NCBI GenBank assembly: GCA_951804945.1
Contig: OX638153.1
Coordinates: forward strand, 19,406,001 to 19,470,000
Length of the DNA stretch: 64,000 nt
Source of the DNA: Podarcis cretensis
Taxonomy: Eukaryota
Direction of reading: 5' to 3'
Both the position numbers and the translations under genes were made by a program. Below are positions 35,386-47,212 of this stretch, piece after piece (the first letter of the stretch is position 1; each line of letters opens with the position of its first letter). The notes beneath the pieces were generated by a model that saw only the letters and a program-made list of their open reading frames with translations, did no database searches and had not been told where the DNA came from.

Positions 35386-35736
35386 CAAAAGACCTTATAG
35401 GCCTCTTTATAGGCCTTCCAATGTGAGGTTGTCTAGAATGCTGCCTGTAGAGTTCTGAAGAGCCCTGGGTTTGGTTTTGTCCTACTAGTGGGCCTCCTGA
35501 GAATATCTGGTTGGCCTGCTTAGCTTTCCAAATGTGCTCGCAGTGTTATTGCTGCACCACAAACTACTACTCCCCCCCCCTTTCTCTTGCAGCTTCTTCG
35601 TACTGCTCACATTTTCTCATTACCTGTAAACATAAACAAGAAAGCTCTACTGAGATTGGCATTGCTACCTCGGCAAGTGTGGAAGCGAAAGTCTATTACC
35701 AGTTAATGTTTGGAGTAATTATTACTGCAAAAGTTA

Positions 35737-36336
35737 CTGTATTTTTCGCCCTATAGGACGCACTTTTCCCCCTCCAAAAATGAAGGGGAAATCTGGGTGC
35801 GTCCTATGGGGCAAATACAGGCTTTCGCTGAAGCTTGGAGAGTGAGAGGGGTCGGTGCGCACCAACCCCTCTCACTCTCCAGGCTTCAGGAAGACATCCG
35901 CAGCTTAGGCAGCCCTGCGGGAGTTCCCGCAGGGCTGTCTAGGCTGCGGATAGCAGCTTGCTTCCCGGAGTGAGGGGTGCCCTGAAGCAGAGCGCCCCCC
36001 GCGCCGGGCAGACATCCGCAGCGTGGGGAGCCCTGCAGGAGTTCCCCGCAGGGCTCCCCTCGCTGCGGATAGCAGCCTGCTGCCCGGCGGGCAGGGCGCG
36101 CTGAAGCAGAGCGCCCCGCGCGCCAGGCAGACATTGGCCAGCCCCACAAGCTTGGGGGACAGCAGGGAGGCGCAGCGCCGCCATCCCGCTGTTCCTCGAC
36201 CTGGTTCGCTTTCCCCGACCTGGTTTTGGAGGGGAAATAAAGGAAAAAATTATTCCTTTATTCCCCCCCCCCAAAAAAAAAAAAAAAACTAGGTGCGTTC
36301 TATGGGACGGAGCATCCTATGGGACAAAAAATACGG
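35737..36336. mobile_element. Tc2-like MITE with GC-rich internal hairpin repeats
   Basis: ta-ctgtatttttcgccctatagg...cctatgggacaaaaaatacgg-ta. Confidence 0.88.
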
Positions 36337-37586
36337 TAAGTTTTAACTAGTGTAACTCAGAAAGTGTATGGAGTCTTGGATGCATTGTCTTAGTGAATTG
36401 TCCTAAGGAGATGGGGAGAGAAAGGTGGAAGGAAAGAGCTTGACAATTTACTGTGATCAAAATTAAGTCTCATTCAGTTAAGCGTGTGAATTTGTTATTT
36501 GTTCTGCCACTTTTGGTAGCCAAAAGTCTGTTTCCAAATATGGAAAACTTGTGTTTGCAAATACATGTGTCATACAGGTAAACTCATCAGACAGCCCAGG
36601 TTGGCCGCAGCTCCACACAGAGTGTGCACGTCTTGACAGACCCAAGTCTGCTGTCACATAATGTATAAAATGACTTTCAGTGTGGTTGAGTATTCAACTC
36701 TTGTTAGCCCTGCATTGAAAGGTTCATGTGTATGTGCTCTTGGCTGGGTTAATTGCGTCAAACAAAAATTTCCATTCCACCTCTTGTATCTTGAGCCCAC
36801 AAGTGTCCCCCCCCCCTTTCCCTTCCTGCCAAAAATAAATTCATGCCTCCTGGGTTTGTGCTCTGTGTACTGCGCTATGCAATATCTACCCAGTGAGATG
36901 CTCCAGTGGAAACTGCATTAATGATTGATAAAACCTGAGAGCTGGTTTAATTCTCTCCCCCTCCCCTGTTTAATGGCTATCAATAATTTAATGCACTTAC
37001 TGTGAGTTTTTTAAGAAATGGTACCCACACTTAAAAAAACACACACAAAAACCTGACCTGGATTTAAACAGGCTCAGAGATTTAATGATTAAAATGCTCT
37101 TTGGGAGGGACTTGATGGACCAACCACTGTCCCTCTTTGTGAACACTAAATCTAAAACATTTAATAGAAATATTTTAACCAAAAATAATACACCCCCCTA
37201 GTTCCACGATCTTGCAAAATAATGTTCTGAATTGCAAAACAAAAACAAAAACAGTTATAGAGGTAAACAAAGGTCTGTGCTAGCCATAACTTCTAGCTTT
37301 ATAATGGAAAGTGTTGTCATAAGCCCTAACAACAGGAATACCCAACAAAATACCATTCCATGGGTGACATTTGTTTTTTGGTCTATCCTGCTCTGCCATG
37401 TATTCTCTTAGAGGCCTAATGTTTTGAAATCACTTTGTTTCGTTTCGTTCTTTGGTAGTTTGAACCATAATGCCTGCTGTGTTTTTTCCTTTCCCCCTTT
37501 CCTTCAAAGGAAATGCTCTTGGACCCCATTCATATGTAGCATTCCTTTACTGTTATAGATACCACTCCCCCAATAATTATTATAAT

Positions 37587-37970
37587 CAGTGCTTTTTTCT
37601 GGGGGTACGCAGGGGTATGCATACCCCTAAACATTTTGTGAATCTAAGTTTGGCCCCATTGAGGGGCAGTATTTCAATACAGTGGATGCTCGGGTTGCTA
37701 ACATGATCCATACGGGAGGCACATTCGCAACCTGCAGTGTTCGCAACCCACAGTGCTGCCTCTGCGCACATTTGGGTTGCGCTTTTGCGCATGCACGTGA
37801 TGTCATTTTGCGCTTCTGCGCATGCACGAGCTCTGAAACTCAGAAGAAACCCGTTTCGGTACTTCCGGGCTCAGTGCCGTGCGCAACCCGAAAATGCACA
37901 ACCCGAGGTATGACTGTATGAGTAAGAAAATGAGAGTACCCCTCAATGTTTTTAAAGAGAAAAAGCACTG
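37587..37970. mobile_element. hAT MITE (CAGTGCTTTTT-type) hosting a Tc1/mariner MITE
   Basis: cagtgctttttt...aaaaagcactg; TSD attataat/attataaa. Confidence 0.8.
37680..37916. mobile_element. Tc1/mariner MITE, family B-related, nested
   Basis: ta-cagtggatgctcgggttg...caacccgaggtatgactg-ta. Confidence 0.85.
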
Positions 37971-38672
37971 ATTATAAATATATTATTTATTAAATGCATA
38001 TACCGCCCTTCACCTGAGGATTGCAGGGCTGCTTACAGTATAAATGACTGCCTCCATGCTGGGCCAGGTACATGTAAAGACTGCTCTAAGTGCTTTGACT
38101 TCCTGACATCTTTACAAACCATGCAAGCAATGCCTGGCCTTTTTGAGAGGCCCATAGCTGGCATGGTTTGCTAACATGCCAGGAAGCCAAATCACATGGC
38201 CTTTCCCATATCTGGTTTGGCCTGGGAGCAACTGCAGACATTATAGCAACCACACTGGACAGGATACGTATACTGTAAAGGGGTGTTGGAAAATAGGCAG
38301 GTGTCCAGTTCCAAACCCCCACTGAAAACACTCAAAAGTAATAGTTGAAAATGATCGTAAGTATTTGCAAGTAACATAGGAGTAAATTCTCCCAAGTCCA
38401 GAGTGGGGGTGCAGGTAGAGAAGCAGAGGAGGGAAATTAGAACTAATCATTCTAATGAAGAAATTTGGGCTACCATTTACCAAATAGTACATAAGAATTG
38501 TGCAGCTCAGTGTTCCCTACATTGACTGACACCAGCTCTCCAGCTTTTCAGGCAAAGGTCATTGCAGTCCAACCTGGAGTTTCTGTGAGAAACCTGTGAC
38601 CTTTTGCTTGCAAGGAAAACGCTCTGCTATTGAGCCACAACCTCCTTCACTGTGTGAATATTACCACACAGT

Positions 38673-38929
38673 AAGAAGAAGAAGAAGAAGAAGAGTTTGG
38701 ATTTGATATCCCATCTTTCACTCCCTTTGAGGAGTCTCAAAGTGGCTAACATTCTCCTTTCCCTTCCTCCCCCACAACAAACACTCTGTGAGGTGAGTGG
38801 GGCTGGGAGACTTCAAAGAAGTGTGACTGGCCCAAGGTCACCCAGCAGCTGCATGTGGAGGAGCGGAGACGCGAACCCGGTTCCCCAGATTACGAGACTA
38901 CCGCTCTTAACCACTACACCACACTGGCT
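38673..38929 (-). mobile_element. tRNA-derived MIR/CORE-type SINE with (TTC)n tail
   Basis: Near-identical to 14197-14446; B box ggttcgcgtc on the minus strand; possible cagtaag duplication. Confidence 0.85.
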
Positions 38930-39650
38930 CTCAGTAAGGTGGTTGTCTGTATGAACCTGCCAAGTAATGGGGGAAATATTATCACACTTATCACTTGATC
39001 AGAAATCTGGACAAAGGGGCCAGGGGCAACATTTCCCACAGCAGTTGTGGGAAACACTTGACTGGCTAAAGAAGTGGGTATGTAAATGCCATGGTAAGTT
39101 AGCATCTGATTTCCTCAGTACTATGTTCATGCAGAAGTCCAACTCGTCTCCTAAAACCTTACTAAGTGAAGGCTTTGGGCTAGTGAAACCTTCTTCAGTC
39201 ATCTATCCCTACATGAGATATATTCCATCTGCATTAATTCAGAGTCATTTCCCTCAAAAATGTTGCTACCTCCGCGTTTGACTCTGAATTTAACCATAGG
39301 CGGAAATTAGCGGCAGCTCCAATCTTATCAGCTTGGCCTGCCCTGGACTCCCAAGTGGACGTCCAGTTTTAGCGAGAGGCAGATGGTATTTATTTACAAG
39401 CATGCCCGCAACACAGCTTGACCGAAAACCTCCATTAATGTGCTCCTTAATTGGCATTTGATAATTTCCGAACCTCATCTTGCTCTTCTCAAAATTCTTC
39501 GGACGTTTTTGCCCAGGCAGGAAATTGCCATTCTTCCCTCCCCACTCCCAAAATGCTGTTGTAGATGAAATTCAGTGGCAGCTCTTGCCTTGAGGATGGT
39601 GAGCAGGGAGATGAAAGCAGGTGGAAGAATTACTGCATGGTGCAGCAGGA

Positions 39651-39694
<44 letters not shown>
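39651..39694. repeat. (TC)n microsatellite, interrupted
   Basis: Direct reading. Confidence 0.95.
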
Positions 39695-39695
<1 letters not shown>

Positions 39696-42600
39696 TTAGG
39701 TTAGTTGAGAAGGCAGCATCGCACTGTGAAGTTTCCCCCCACCAAGAATATACCTGCAATCATGTCAAGCAGCTCATGATAGTAAGAGGAAATTAATTTC
39801 ACTGGCAGCCAATGACTACCTGATTGCAAAGCTGGTTTATGCTTGGAGTGCTCCGTGGTCAGACTTTTGTCCACTGGCTCTGTGAGAAACAGCTGGCAGT
39901 CATTATGGGCTGATGGTGGCAGGAAATACAGCTGTGTGGGAAACATAACTGCTGCTTCTGAAAAGGATGCATATGGGAAGGAACTGTGGTTTTCACCAGA
40001 TCGCGATAATAAAGCAAACTTTCTCCGTTGTCTGCTTTATTAAAAAATATGGACTTTGGTCAAAGTTGCCTCAGCTAGAAAACATGGTTTGCTTTAAACC
40101 TCTTAAGTATGTGTGTCTGACTTTTGAAGTAATTGTAAATCCCCTCACCTTTTCGTGATGGGCAGAGTTTAAAGAAGACCTGCCGTAATTGCAACATAAG
40201 GAATTGAGATCCACAGAAATGTCAGATATTCTGACACTCGTGAAAGGAGTCGACAGCAGAGCAGTGAAAAAGACACCACCGCAAAATACGTTTCTCTGTT
40301 ATAGATGGAAGCTCCTTTTTTTTCTGCCAGGGTTATTGTTCTGTAAGTTGCAGACATTGTTTGTAATACCATCAAAATAAAAGATGTTATAGATGGAGGT
40401 GGAGCCTGGCGAGGAATGTTCCGCCCAAGTTCTTCTGACAGTAAAAGCTCAGCATTGAATCAGAGGCAAGAGTTTTACCTGAAAAGTGGCAGCTTTAGTG
40501 GGGCAACTTTATGATGCGGTGATAAAAGACATCTCCCCAGGGTGCTACCTGAGGCACAAAACAGGCAAATATAATACATATTGACAGTTATTTAAAATAG
40601 TGTTAAATAATGCAATGCTTGTTTTTTCTTATGGAGCTAGTAGAGACTCAGGGAAAAGTGTCACTGCCTTGTATGTATTGCTCTGGTGTCTTTGTTACAA
40701 CCTTTTTTTAAACTTTTACTAATAGTAGGCTTCATTTAGGTTCACAATAAAACTTCGTGAAATATCTGGATTTTCTCCCCCCACCCTTGTGCATTTACAA
40801 GCTGTAGCTGCAGTATTTTCCTCTCCCCGTGCCTGTAATGTTTCGGCGTATATGATTATTACTGGATTAGTAAGGCTACGCTGTATAGCAAATATTTTCT
40901 TTTGACTTTATTTGTGCTTGCTTCTGATGTATGTAGCATTTATAACTGCATTCTGGCTGACAAAGACACATCTTCAGGATACACGTTTGTTACAAACTAA
41001 GACACTGTTACCTGTGTGTCAACCCCCCCCCCCGCCCCGCCCTGCCCAAAAAGATCATTTCTAGGTGGAATATTAAAATTGGCTCCTGAATACAGAATAA
41101 ATGAGTTCTTTCTGCTGGTAAATATTATATAGTACATGCTATGAAAGAAGTATTTTACCAGTTTGATTGATTGTACATTCATTTTGGTTTGTTTCCCAGG
41201 TTATCCCACAATTCGCAGTGCATTTTCCTGCCACTTTATTGCAAAAGGTCTGATCTTTGGGGGAAGTGGGTTTTTTGCACAAGACCTCCTAATCAGCTAT
41301 AATGGTGCAGTTGTGAATTTGTCAGGATGTGAGTGAAAATGGCCATTTTCGGAAGCTCCTTTTGTGACCCCCCCCCCAAACTTGAGTACTGTACTAAAGG
41401 TACTGCGACCTTTCAGTTCAAACAGCGCTCGGGCTGATGTAATTGTCATCACTTTTCCTCAGAATTGCAATGTTTTGGCTGAGTAAGATTGACATATGTA
41501 TCATACTGCCTATAGCAGAATTGATATGTGTGCCACTCTGAAGGGTCGTGTTTTTGTTTTTGACACATAACAGCACTCAGTGTGTCCTGCTATTCTCAAT
41601 AAATTTTGTCACACAGCTGTTTTCTACATCTCCTTGCTCTTGCTGAACGTTCATTTTGTTCAGCTTTTTTCTTTTCTTCTCCTTAATAACTGATTTCTTT
41701 TAGAATTCTTCCTCAGATCTACTGTTTGCTAATCTGTACACTCACATACACGCCTTGGACGGCCTCTCCTCTTTCTGCTTTTGGCATTTTCCCGCCTTTT
41801 TGTAATTCTGTTTTCTGGATACAAGCCGCTTTAATTCCTGCAGTTATCTTCAATGTTTATACAATTGCACAATGTTACTGTAAGCTTATTTATCATTATT
41901 GCCTGTATGGCAACATAGGATCAATTTTGTCTTCTGTTTTATATGCAGCCTGGCATTCCTAGATTAATTTTATTTTTTATATACACCTTTTATGTCACTG
42001 CTGTGGACTGTTATTAATGTCTGATGTCTTAAAGCAGAATTGAATGGGCCATTTTTTAATTTATTTTTCCTTATTGCTGTCTCTACATTCCCAGCTTGTT
42101 TTTGATTTGAGAACAAATTTGCATATGCTTCGTTGTACTATATAAATTTCTCCCACATCTCCTTAATAGTATATTTATACAATGCTCTCTTCTGCTTCCC
42201 TTCACTCTATTGTATGAATCTCCTACATTGTTTTTCCCTCCCCCCCTCACTCTTTTGATATATTTCCAAAACACAGTCTATCTTTTTTTAAAAGCGCCCC
42301 CCCCATCTTCTGTCAGTCTTTCTTGGATTATTATTAGTGCCGGGTAACTAAACCGAAATCTAAAACATTTCTTCTAGCCATGTTTCTGCAGTATTTCTAT
42401 GTGAACACCATTTTGTACTCTTAAGAATACACAGTCTCTTTACTCCATTTATCAGATACACACACCATTTCTCTCTTTTCCCCCTCCCCATGGGAAGTCT
42501 GTCCATTTGAGGGGCACCTGTTTTACTCAGTTGAACATACTAAAATAATATTATCAAAAATGTAGATGAAAAGGTAGAAATCAGATTCTCAGAGGCTTAG

Positions 42601-44017
42601 TGAGGGCAGCTGGCCAGGCAGAGTGACACTGTTGCTGTTTTTAACTGACCCAGAACCCATAGCCTAATATACTGTATAGGATGTTGCATTGGATATTGCT
42701 GGTGAGGAAGAATTTTTTTTTTATAAAAGTGACCACTCTTCAGTGCAATTGGATTTAGCAGCAGTCCCCTCGAAGGGCCATGACTGACCTGAATTCATCA
42801 TAGTGCTTGTCTCTTGCAGTGAGCGAGGGGTGGCAGGGACGTGTAACATTGGTTGCCTGCCTTGGCGTAATTCATAACAGCACCGAGCCTGTCAGTGCAT
42901 CTGGTGTGAAGGTGAGGATACTTTGAATGGTGTCCTCAGTGGTTGTGGAGTTTGTTATTGCAAGAGGTTATGCTTCAGCTTTTCTTCTGAGCTGTGTGTT
43001 TATTTGGGGAGGGTTTTTAGTGCTACAGTGTAGGTGTAAGGGTTGATTTTAGTGGAATACACATATTTGGTATATATTTAGTGACACATAAAAGCTGAAA
43101 TGTTTTGTGAGCTGTTGTGAGCCTACAGGGGTGATGGTGGGCTATAAATCTGAATAAGGGAATCTTAAGTGCTGCCAAACCCACATTCAAAAAGCACCTG
43201 ATTTAATTTTGGTTCTCTGGGTCCAAGCTCTGACCAGAAATTACCCTGCTCAGCATGAGCTCTAATGAAATCCTGGCTCATGCTGGTTTGGCTGCAGGCT
43301 CATTTTTGCTAATGGTATGGCTTAGGAAAATGATTGGACTAAACCCATTAGAAAAATTTACAGTTGCGGATCTTTGGAGGAGGATTGTGAACACAGCTGT
43401 CTTCTCTTCAATTATCGCTTAAATTTGATTAGATTGAACCTTTGGGTTCTCTTGTCATGCTTAACACGCTGTTCTCTAATTTTTGTTTGCTTGCTTGTGG
43501 TACGCTGGGTGTCCGTGCATATAGGTGTGTGGCTTAACAAACTGAACTTCCATAGTCTTGCAAGTTGGTGGAAAATGGGTTGGTTTGTAGGGTACATCAA
43601 GCAGAACCTTCAACAAAATTATGCAGTGCTGTTCAGGACTCCTGCCAGTCCGTTCCATTATTCTCTGCTTCTCCCCGGCCCTCTATTTTCCATCTCCTCC
43701 AACAGTCAGTCAGCATTTCATGCTCACTAAGCATGCTCAGTTCTCATTGGACTGTTTCCAATTGAGGGAGGGGTTTCTCCCCTAAAGGTTTTGGGTGTGG
43801 GTGGTGCTGTTTTGGCTTCATAAAGACTGCATCAGAGAACAGAGTTCGCACTATGGCACAATGTAAAATGTCTCAGCATAGTGTAATTCAGTGTGCATAG
43901 CCCCAAACACTGAATTCCATCACCCTCTCCCAGTTTGTCATTCCCACCCAACCAAGCCAATAAGCATTATATTGCTATTGCACATGCCTGGACTTCACTT
44001 CGCAAGAGACACCACAG

Positions 44018-44107
44018 CACAGCTCTCAACGTTTCCCTTTTTTAAAGGGAAATTCCCTTATTCCGAATAGGATTCCTTGCAAGAAAAGGGAAAAGTTGAC
44101 AGCTATG
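44018..44107. mobile_element. 90-bp hAT MITE
   Basis: TIR cacagctctcaacgtttccctttt/aaaagggaaaagttgacagctatg; perfect 8-bp TSD caccacag. Confidence 0.88.
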
Positions 44108-44502
44108 CACCACAGTCTCATGTATAGGTGGGTGATGGCATTTTGGCTGTAAAGTAACTGACACTTGGAGAATTGAGGTCACTTTATGTATATATGATGG
44201 TGTGTGGCCAGCCCTTTAATTCACATCACATTTGATTTTACCATTTATAGTTTATGTTGCTTGGATCTAAATTGTGGGTGTTGTTTAACAGAATCATCTT
44301 TATTCTGACCCAGGTTTTCAACACTAAATAGAAAAGGGTGACTACTTTGTCAAGGCATATCTGCATGACAAACTTAACCTAGTTTAATACTCCCTTGTCA
44401 TGGCTGGATCACTTCCTATTGAGATTTAGGCTTTCAGAGGCTTTTTTTTCTCCATAGAGGTGGGGGACCTAGAGGCTGATAGTTCTGATTGGTTTGCAGA
44501 TA

Positions 44503-44743
44503 TAGTGGTACCTCAGTTTACGAACTTAATCCGTTCCTGAAGTCCATTCTTAAACCAGATCCATTCTTAAACCGAGCCGCGCTTTCCCTAATGAGGCCTC
44601 ACGCCGCCAGTGCCCTTCCACCATTCAGTTTCCGTTTGTAGACTGAGGTAAAGTTTGCAAACCAGAACACTATTTCCAGTTTTGTGGAGTTCGTAAACTG
44701 AATAGTTCATAAACAGGACTGTTTGTAAACTGAGGTACCACTG
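44503..44743. mobile_element. Tc1/mariner MITE, family C
   Basis: ta-tagtggtacctcagtttacgaac...gtttgtaaactgaggtaccactg-ta. Confidence 0.88.
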
Positions 44744-44779
44744 TATCTCTCTGGGATTTTCTAGCCCAGTGCTTCTCAA

Positions 44780-45095
44780 AGAGCCTAGGACTTGCCGATC
44801 AGAAGGTCAGCGGTTCAAATCACCGCAACGGGGTGAGCTCCTGTTGCTTGGTCCCTGCTCCTGCTAGCAGTTTGAAAGCACGTCAAAGTGCAAGTAGATA
44901 AATAGTTACCGCTCCAGTGGGAAACAGTGTTTCCATGCGCTGCTCTGGTTCGCCAGAAGGGCTTAGTCATGCTGGCCACATGATCTGGAAGCTGTAAGCC
45001 GGCTCCCTCGGCCAATAAAGCAAGATGAGCGCCGCAACGCCAGAGTCGGCCACGACTGGACCTAATGGTCAGGGGTCCCTTTACCTTTACCTTTA
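44780..45095 (+). mobile_element. Sauria SINE, 5'-truncated
   Basis: gagcctaggacttgccgatcagaaggtc...gtgcaagtagataaatag...ggggtccctttacctttacctt. Confidence 0.88.
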
Positions 45096-45350
45096 CCACC
45101 CTATACCCTGAGGTCTCAGGGCGGTTCACAGAAAAAATCGACATAAAATCCCCAATATATAGAATCAAAATAACAACAACAACCCCCCCCCCCAAAAGAG
45201 CCACATTTTAAAATGGCATAGAATGTCAGTCAGATCAACCAAAGGCCTGGTTAAAAAGGAATGTTTTTGCCTGGTGCCTAAAGGTGTATAATGAAGGCAC
45301 CAGGCGAACTTCCCTGGGGAGAGCATTCCACAGACTGGGAGCCACTGCTC
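45096..45350 (-). mobile_element. L2-type LINE 3' end (second family)
   Basis: ccctataccctgaggtctcagggcggttcaca terminal hairpin; gggagagcattccacag is the reverse of the LWNALP motif. Confidence 0.7.
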
Positions 45351-46359
45351 AAAGACAGCCCTACATATAACACATTGCAATAATCTAACCTTCTTCTATG
45401 TTATCTGTTGTGATGGACTACCAGCTATTTTCCCCAATGTACCAGGGGTCTGTCTGACTCCAAGTGCAAAAGCTGAGGCCACTGAAGAGAATCTTGGGCT
45501 GGGGTTGGGGTGTTGCTGTGGGTGAGGGTTGTTTCTGTTATTGATATTAAGTTTGTGTTTCTTTGTTTTAGATCTTATTATGATTGATGTGGAAATTGTT
45601 TTATTTGGTTGGGTACTTTGAGGCATTTTATTTCTTGTTTATGACTACTTTTGTTAGGTTTGAATTATGCAGTTTTTTCGTGTCATAAGCCACCTCTAGC
45701 ATGGTTTTAACTCTGGAAGAACAATTGCTTTGTGCTGACTCCATTGCATCCTCCTTGTGCCATACAGCAGAGTTATCTCTGATGGTGCCAAGCCTTTTAC
45801 ATGCTGGCCCAAAGGCACCTGTGGAACTGACAGCGGCCCACTGTGTTTTTTGTGTGTGAAGCATTTCAGGTTGCTTAAATATGCCCCAACGGTGATTCTG
45901 TTGATGAACCTTGAAAGGTATCCAGAACACCGTTTGATCCAGTTTTGTTGGATGAGTTACATTCGGTGCAGCTGGAGGTTGTGGACGAGGTGCTTGGATG
46001 AGTATGGGTGACCACTTGTATTCTTGATCCTCATAAAATTGAGTAGGGGATGGAGGCAGCTGTTTAAACCAAGGAGATGATGATTGCCTGTATATGGGAG
46101 GGGTCATTGCCCTGAATGGTTGTGCAGATTAGTTCCAGGGACAAAGACCAAATGTATGGGCAGCAGTGACTGTGGCAGAAGGAGGCCCCATTATGAGGGA
46201 GGCCCACTGAGGGATTCCCAAATGCCTGTAGTGGACACTGGTTCTAAGGATTACTGGAACCATATTTGTGAAGTGATGAGAATATTTGTGATGTGCTGTA
46301 AGGATGCTTAGTAGATTGTATCTTTCCTCTCTTTTTGTTCTCTGATAGATGGGAGACTA

Positions 46360-46450
46360 ACACTGCAATCCTAGCCCTATTTACCTGGGAGTAAGCCCCA
46401 CCAAATTCCATGGGACACATTTCTAAGTAGACAAGGTTAGGATTGTGCTG
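46360..46450. mobile_element. Short palindromic MITE remnant
   Basis: gcaatccta...taggattgtg inverted ends. Confidence 0.55.
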
Positions 46451-47062
46451 TAAAACCTACAAATGTTGAGGCACTTTAGATTTAACTAGCACAGCAATTA
46501 TAAACTGGCTCTGCCACCTAGGTATCTCTGTAGTTTTTCTGTCTAAGGTCATGGGAGACTTCATCATAATATCGCCTAAAGCATCTTAGTGTTATAACAG
46601 TTTAATTGAGAGGGATGTATCACTGATTACACTGTCTGTCTCGGCTCTTTTACTTGCGTTTTTATTATGTCAACACTGGTCAGGTTGGGAAAGTTGAGTT
46701 GCCATTTGGTTCATTGTTTGGGGTGCTGCGTTTGGACTGGTCAGATATTGGTGAGACTCTCCCTGGGTGGCCTTAGGGAAGAAGCCACCATTACTCAGCG
46801 TCAGTTCCCCATCTGTAAAATCAGAATATTAATCACTTACCTCTTAAGGTTTTGGCAGGGATGACTAAGAGAATGGTCATAAAGCACTTTGCATATATGT
46901 GTAATCCCTCAACTCGGGAAGTAAGTCCTCAGCTCACATAGGGATTACATTCTGGGGGTTGTGCCTAAAGCCAGAATTGCATATAGTCAAAACACAATGG
47001 GTGCAATGGCAGGTGTGATTGCCAAAGTCTTTTTCCTCCTGGACCCCTACCCCCTTTCCACC

Positions 47063-47102
<40 letters not shown>

Positions 47103-47145
47103 TGCGTAAAGTTAAATGTTAACAAGTTAAATGCACGTGTTGAGG

Positions 47146-47203
<58 letters not shown>

Positions 47204-47212
47204 TGTGTGTTT
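47063..47212. repeat. (CTAT)n and (CT)n(GT)n microsatellites
   Basis: Direct reading: 47063-47102 and 47148-47210. Confidence 0.97.

Noticed and set aside
35737-36336. CpG island or gene promoter (also 57521-58139)
   Set aside because: The GC-rich sequence lies entirely between transposon TIRs with TA duplications
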